64,000 nucleotides of DNA. It comes from an uncultured Flavobacterium sp. (GTDB lineage: Bacteria > Bacteroidota > Bacteroidia > Flavobacteriales > Flavobacteriaceae). A program made the position numbers and the translations under genes. The stretch is taken from NCBI GenBank assembly GCA_947632215.1, contig CANROJ010000001.1, forward strand, positions 4,406 through 68,405, written 5' to 3'. Below, piece by piece: positions 61,709 to 64,000 of this stretch (position 1 is its first letter; each line of letters begins with the position of its first letter). The notes under the pieces were generated by a model. It was not told the DNA's origin, searched no databases, and worked only from the letters and a program-made list of their open reading frames with translations.

Positions 61709-62836
61709 TTATTTATTAGCTATTGCCTTGCGATATAAATCCTCATATAATGGTAAAACATTATCAATTTTAAATCTCACAGCTATTTCTTTAGCTCCTT
61801 TTTTAAACTCTTGCAACACTTTGGGGTCTTTTAGTATTTTCAAAGAATTACTTACCATATCCTCAACATCGCCCACTTGACTTAAATAACCCGAAACCCC
61901 AGGTACGTTCACCTCTGGTAATCCTCCTGTATTACTAGAAATAACAGGTACTCCCATAGCCATGGCTTCTAAAGCAGCTAAGCCAAAGCTTTCCGTCTGT
62001 GAGGGAAGAAGGAATAAATCGGAGTGAGCCAAAATGCGATCGATCTCATTGCTGTTACCAAAGAAAATAATCTTGTCATAAATACCTAATTCTAAAGCTA
62101 AACGCTCAGCTTTTTCCTTATCTGGTCCATCTCCCACTAACATTAACTTAGAGGGAATTTGTTTTTGAATACCATCAAATATCCTGACCACATCCTCTAC
62201 TCTTTTTACCTTTCTAAAGTTACTGATATGAGTGATAATTAATTCATTTGGCAAAGCCATGGCGCCTCTTTTGCACTCAATATTTTTCTGATCCACTTCT
62301 CTAACTTCGATAAAGTTTGGAATAACGTGTATTTTCTTATTTATATCAAATAAATCGTAAGTACTTTGCTTTAAGCTTTCAGAGACTGAGGTAACCATAT
62401 CGGAATGGTTTATACTAAAGCTTACAGCCGTTTTATAATTAGGATGATTTCCCACTAAGGTAATATCTGTACCATGCAGAGTTGTAATCATTGGTAATTC
62501 TATACCTTGTTCTTTAAGCATTTGCTTGGCCATATAACCAGCATAAGCATGCGGAATAGCATAATGCACATGTAGAACATCAATTTTAAACAACTTTACC
62601 ATATCTACTAACTTACTCGATAAAGCTAGCTCATAAGGCTGATAATGAAACAAAGGGTATTCTGGAACATTTACCTCATGGTAATAAATATTTGGATTTA
62701 ACAATGCCAATCTTACCGGCTGACTATATGTAATGAAATGAACCTCGTGGTTTCTCTTAGCTAATTCTAAACCTAGTTCAGTGGCAACAACACCACTTCC
62801 TCCAAAGGTAGGATAGCAAACAATGGCGATCTTCAT
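61709..62836 (-). CDS. bshA: N-acetyl-alpha-D-glucosaminyl L-malate synthase (bacillithiol biosynthesis, GT4)
   Basis: CYPTFGGSGVVATELG, HVHYAIPHA, TTLHGTDITLVG, HISNFR.VKR, ESFGLAALEAM. Confidence 0.95.
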   Translation of the reverse strand: MKIAIVCYPTFGGSGVVATELGLELAKRNHEVHFITYSQPVRLALLNPNIYYHEVNVPEYPLFHYQPYELALSSKLVDMVKLFKIDVLHVHYAIPHAYAGYMAKQMLKEQGIELPMITTLHGTDITLVGNHPNYKTAVSFSINHSDMVTSVSESLKQSTYDLFDINKKIHVIPNFIEVREVDQKNIECKRGAMALPNELIITHISNFRKVKRVEDVVRIFDGIQKQIPSKLMLVGDGPDKEKAERLALELGIYDKIIFFGNSNEIDRILAHSDLFLLPSQTESFGLAALEAMAMGVPVISSNTGGLPEVNVPGVSGYLSQVGDVEDMVSNSLKILKDPKVLQEFKKGAKEIAVRFKIDNVLPLYEDLYRKAIANK

Positions 62837-63017
62837 ATGTATAAAACTAATTTATGTGTTTAAATATAATCTTAATATTGCTAAATTGTGTCTTAGAAGA
62901 ATATTAAAAAAATACTATAACCTTTATTTAACAATGGCAATGGAGTAATTAGGCAGGTTTGAAGATAACTTATAAATAATTTTACCTTACTTAATATCTA
63001 TCTCCTCTTTGTATACT

Positions 63018-64000
63018 TTACTGTAAAATACTATCGTAAATTACCTCTTGAATATTTTCTCTAATATTGTTCTTAGACAATAAATTCACAGAAGAGTCTG
63101 GATAGGTTCTATTTGATAAAAACACATACACAAGATTCTGCTCTGGGTCAGCCCAAGCCATTGTCCCGGTAAAACCTGTATGCCCAAAACTACTAGAAGA
63201 AGCCTTTGGACTAACTGGTCCAGGATCACCTGGAAGTTGAGGTTTATCAAAACCGATTCCTCTACGACTACCCTTATTACAGTTTACACAAGTATTAAAG
63301 ACATCGAATGTTTCGCTAGAGAAATACTCTTTCCCTCCATAAGTTCCCTTATCAAGATACATCTGCATTACTTTGGCAACATCAGTCGCATTTCCAAATA
63401 AGCCTGCATGTCCGGAGACTCCCCCTTGCATTGCAGCAGCCATATCATGCACATAGCCTTGAATGGTGGTATATCTGTAATAGCTATCTTTTTCAGTTGG
63501 CGGAATTTGACTCACATCAAACTTTCTAAGAGGTAAATAAGTAAGCTCACTAGCTCCTAATGACTCATATAATTCGTGCTCTACCACTAAATCTAGACTC
63601 TTACCATAGGTTCGCTCTATATATTCTTTTAACAAAATAAAACCTAAATCACTGTATTTATAAGCTTTTCTGGGAGATAGATTACTATTTGCAATACGAT
63701 CTAGCATCTCTTTACTATAATCCTTTCTTATAAATAAATTCTCAGAAACCTGATCTTCAAATCCTTTCGTTGCAAAATTCTTATAATAAGAAGGGTCTGG
63801 CTTTTGATTTTCGTCTAAGGTCTGTTTATAAAAAGGAATCCAAGGAGCAAGACCTGATTGATGGGTTAGAAGTTCACCAAGAGTGATATTTCGTTTATCG
63901 GTGTAATTAAACTCTGGTAAAAGAGTCGATAAAGGGGTCTGTAAATTTATTATTCCTTTATCATATAATTGCATTATCACAGGTAAAGTAGCTAAAATTT
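63018..64000 (-). CDS. C-terminal serine-hydrolase (beta-lactamase-like) domain of a longer protein, probably a GH3/AmiE-type fusion; 5' part outside the window
   Basis: LLTHQSGL, YKYSDLGF, GYVHD, GHAGLF, FGHTGFTGT, LSNR; frame open to the window edge; the GH3 part is inferred, not seen. Confidence 0.8.
   Translation of the reverse strand, partial: ILATLPVIMQLYDKGIINLQTPLSTLLPEFNYTDKRNITLGELLTHQSGLAPWIPFYKQTLDENQKPDPSYYKNFATKGFEDQVSENLFIRKDYSKEMLDRIANSNLSPRKAYKYSDLGFILLKEYIERTYGKSLDLVVEHELYESLGASELTYLPLRKFDVSQIPPTEKDSYYRYTTIQGYVHDMAAAMQGGVSGHAGLFGNATDVAKVMQMYLDKGTYGGKEYFSSETFDVFNTCVNCNKGSRRGIGFDKPQLPGDPGPVSPKASSSSFGHTGFTGTMAWADPEQNLVYVFLSNRTYPDSSVNLLSKNNIRENIQEVIYDSILQ

Noticed and set aside
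1772-63401. Many short ORFs overlapping larger genes (e.g. 2258-2722, 4632-4955, 34345-34620, 56735-57160, 8041-8346)
   Set aside because: Antisense or alternate-frame shadows of well-supported genes, with no motifs or independent signals
1-64000. tRNA, rRNA, CRISPR arrays, prophage or integrase genes, DnaA-box clusters near dnaN
   Set aside because: None recognised by eye in any intergenic region; tRNAscan and cmscan would be needed to exclude small RNAs fully

Overview
AT-rich chromosomal segment of a Flavobacteriaceae bacterium (Myroides/Flavobacterium-like; inferred from gene content and many Bacteroidetes TAnnTTTG -7 promoter elements). Most of it is housekeeping: porX (5' end outside the window), tsaE, an ald-like gene, recG, rdgB, a DEAD-box helicase, a dihydroorotase-like gene, a mutS2-like gene, pheT, the HD-lpxD-lpxC/fabZ-lpxA-efp-lpxD2-sucD block, hutH, yaaA, rfbA/rfbB, gldF-gldG-dnaN, phoH, leuACDB, bshA and the 3' end of a serine-hydrolase-domain gene. 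One accessory region (about 20.5-30.3 kb) lies between pheT and sucD. There, two decayed, same-orientation IS4-family (DUF4372-type) elements with 15-bp terminal inverted repeats bracket an intact SusC-SusD-Tat-exported calcineurin-like phosphoesterase cassette. Gene fragments abut both inner IS ends and a GLPGLI pseudogene lies just outside. Other leads: a large helical-repeat protein divergent from a leuA that lacks its regulatory domain, with an inverted repeat between them; a perfect 36-bp palindrome between the M14 peptidase and XRE regulator genes; several enzyme homologues missing catalytic residues; and a candidate structured RNA. No tRNA, rRNA or CRISPR array was seen.
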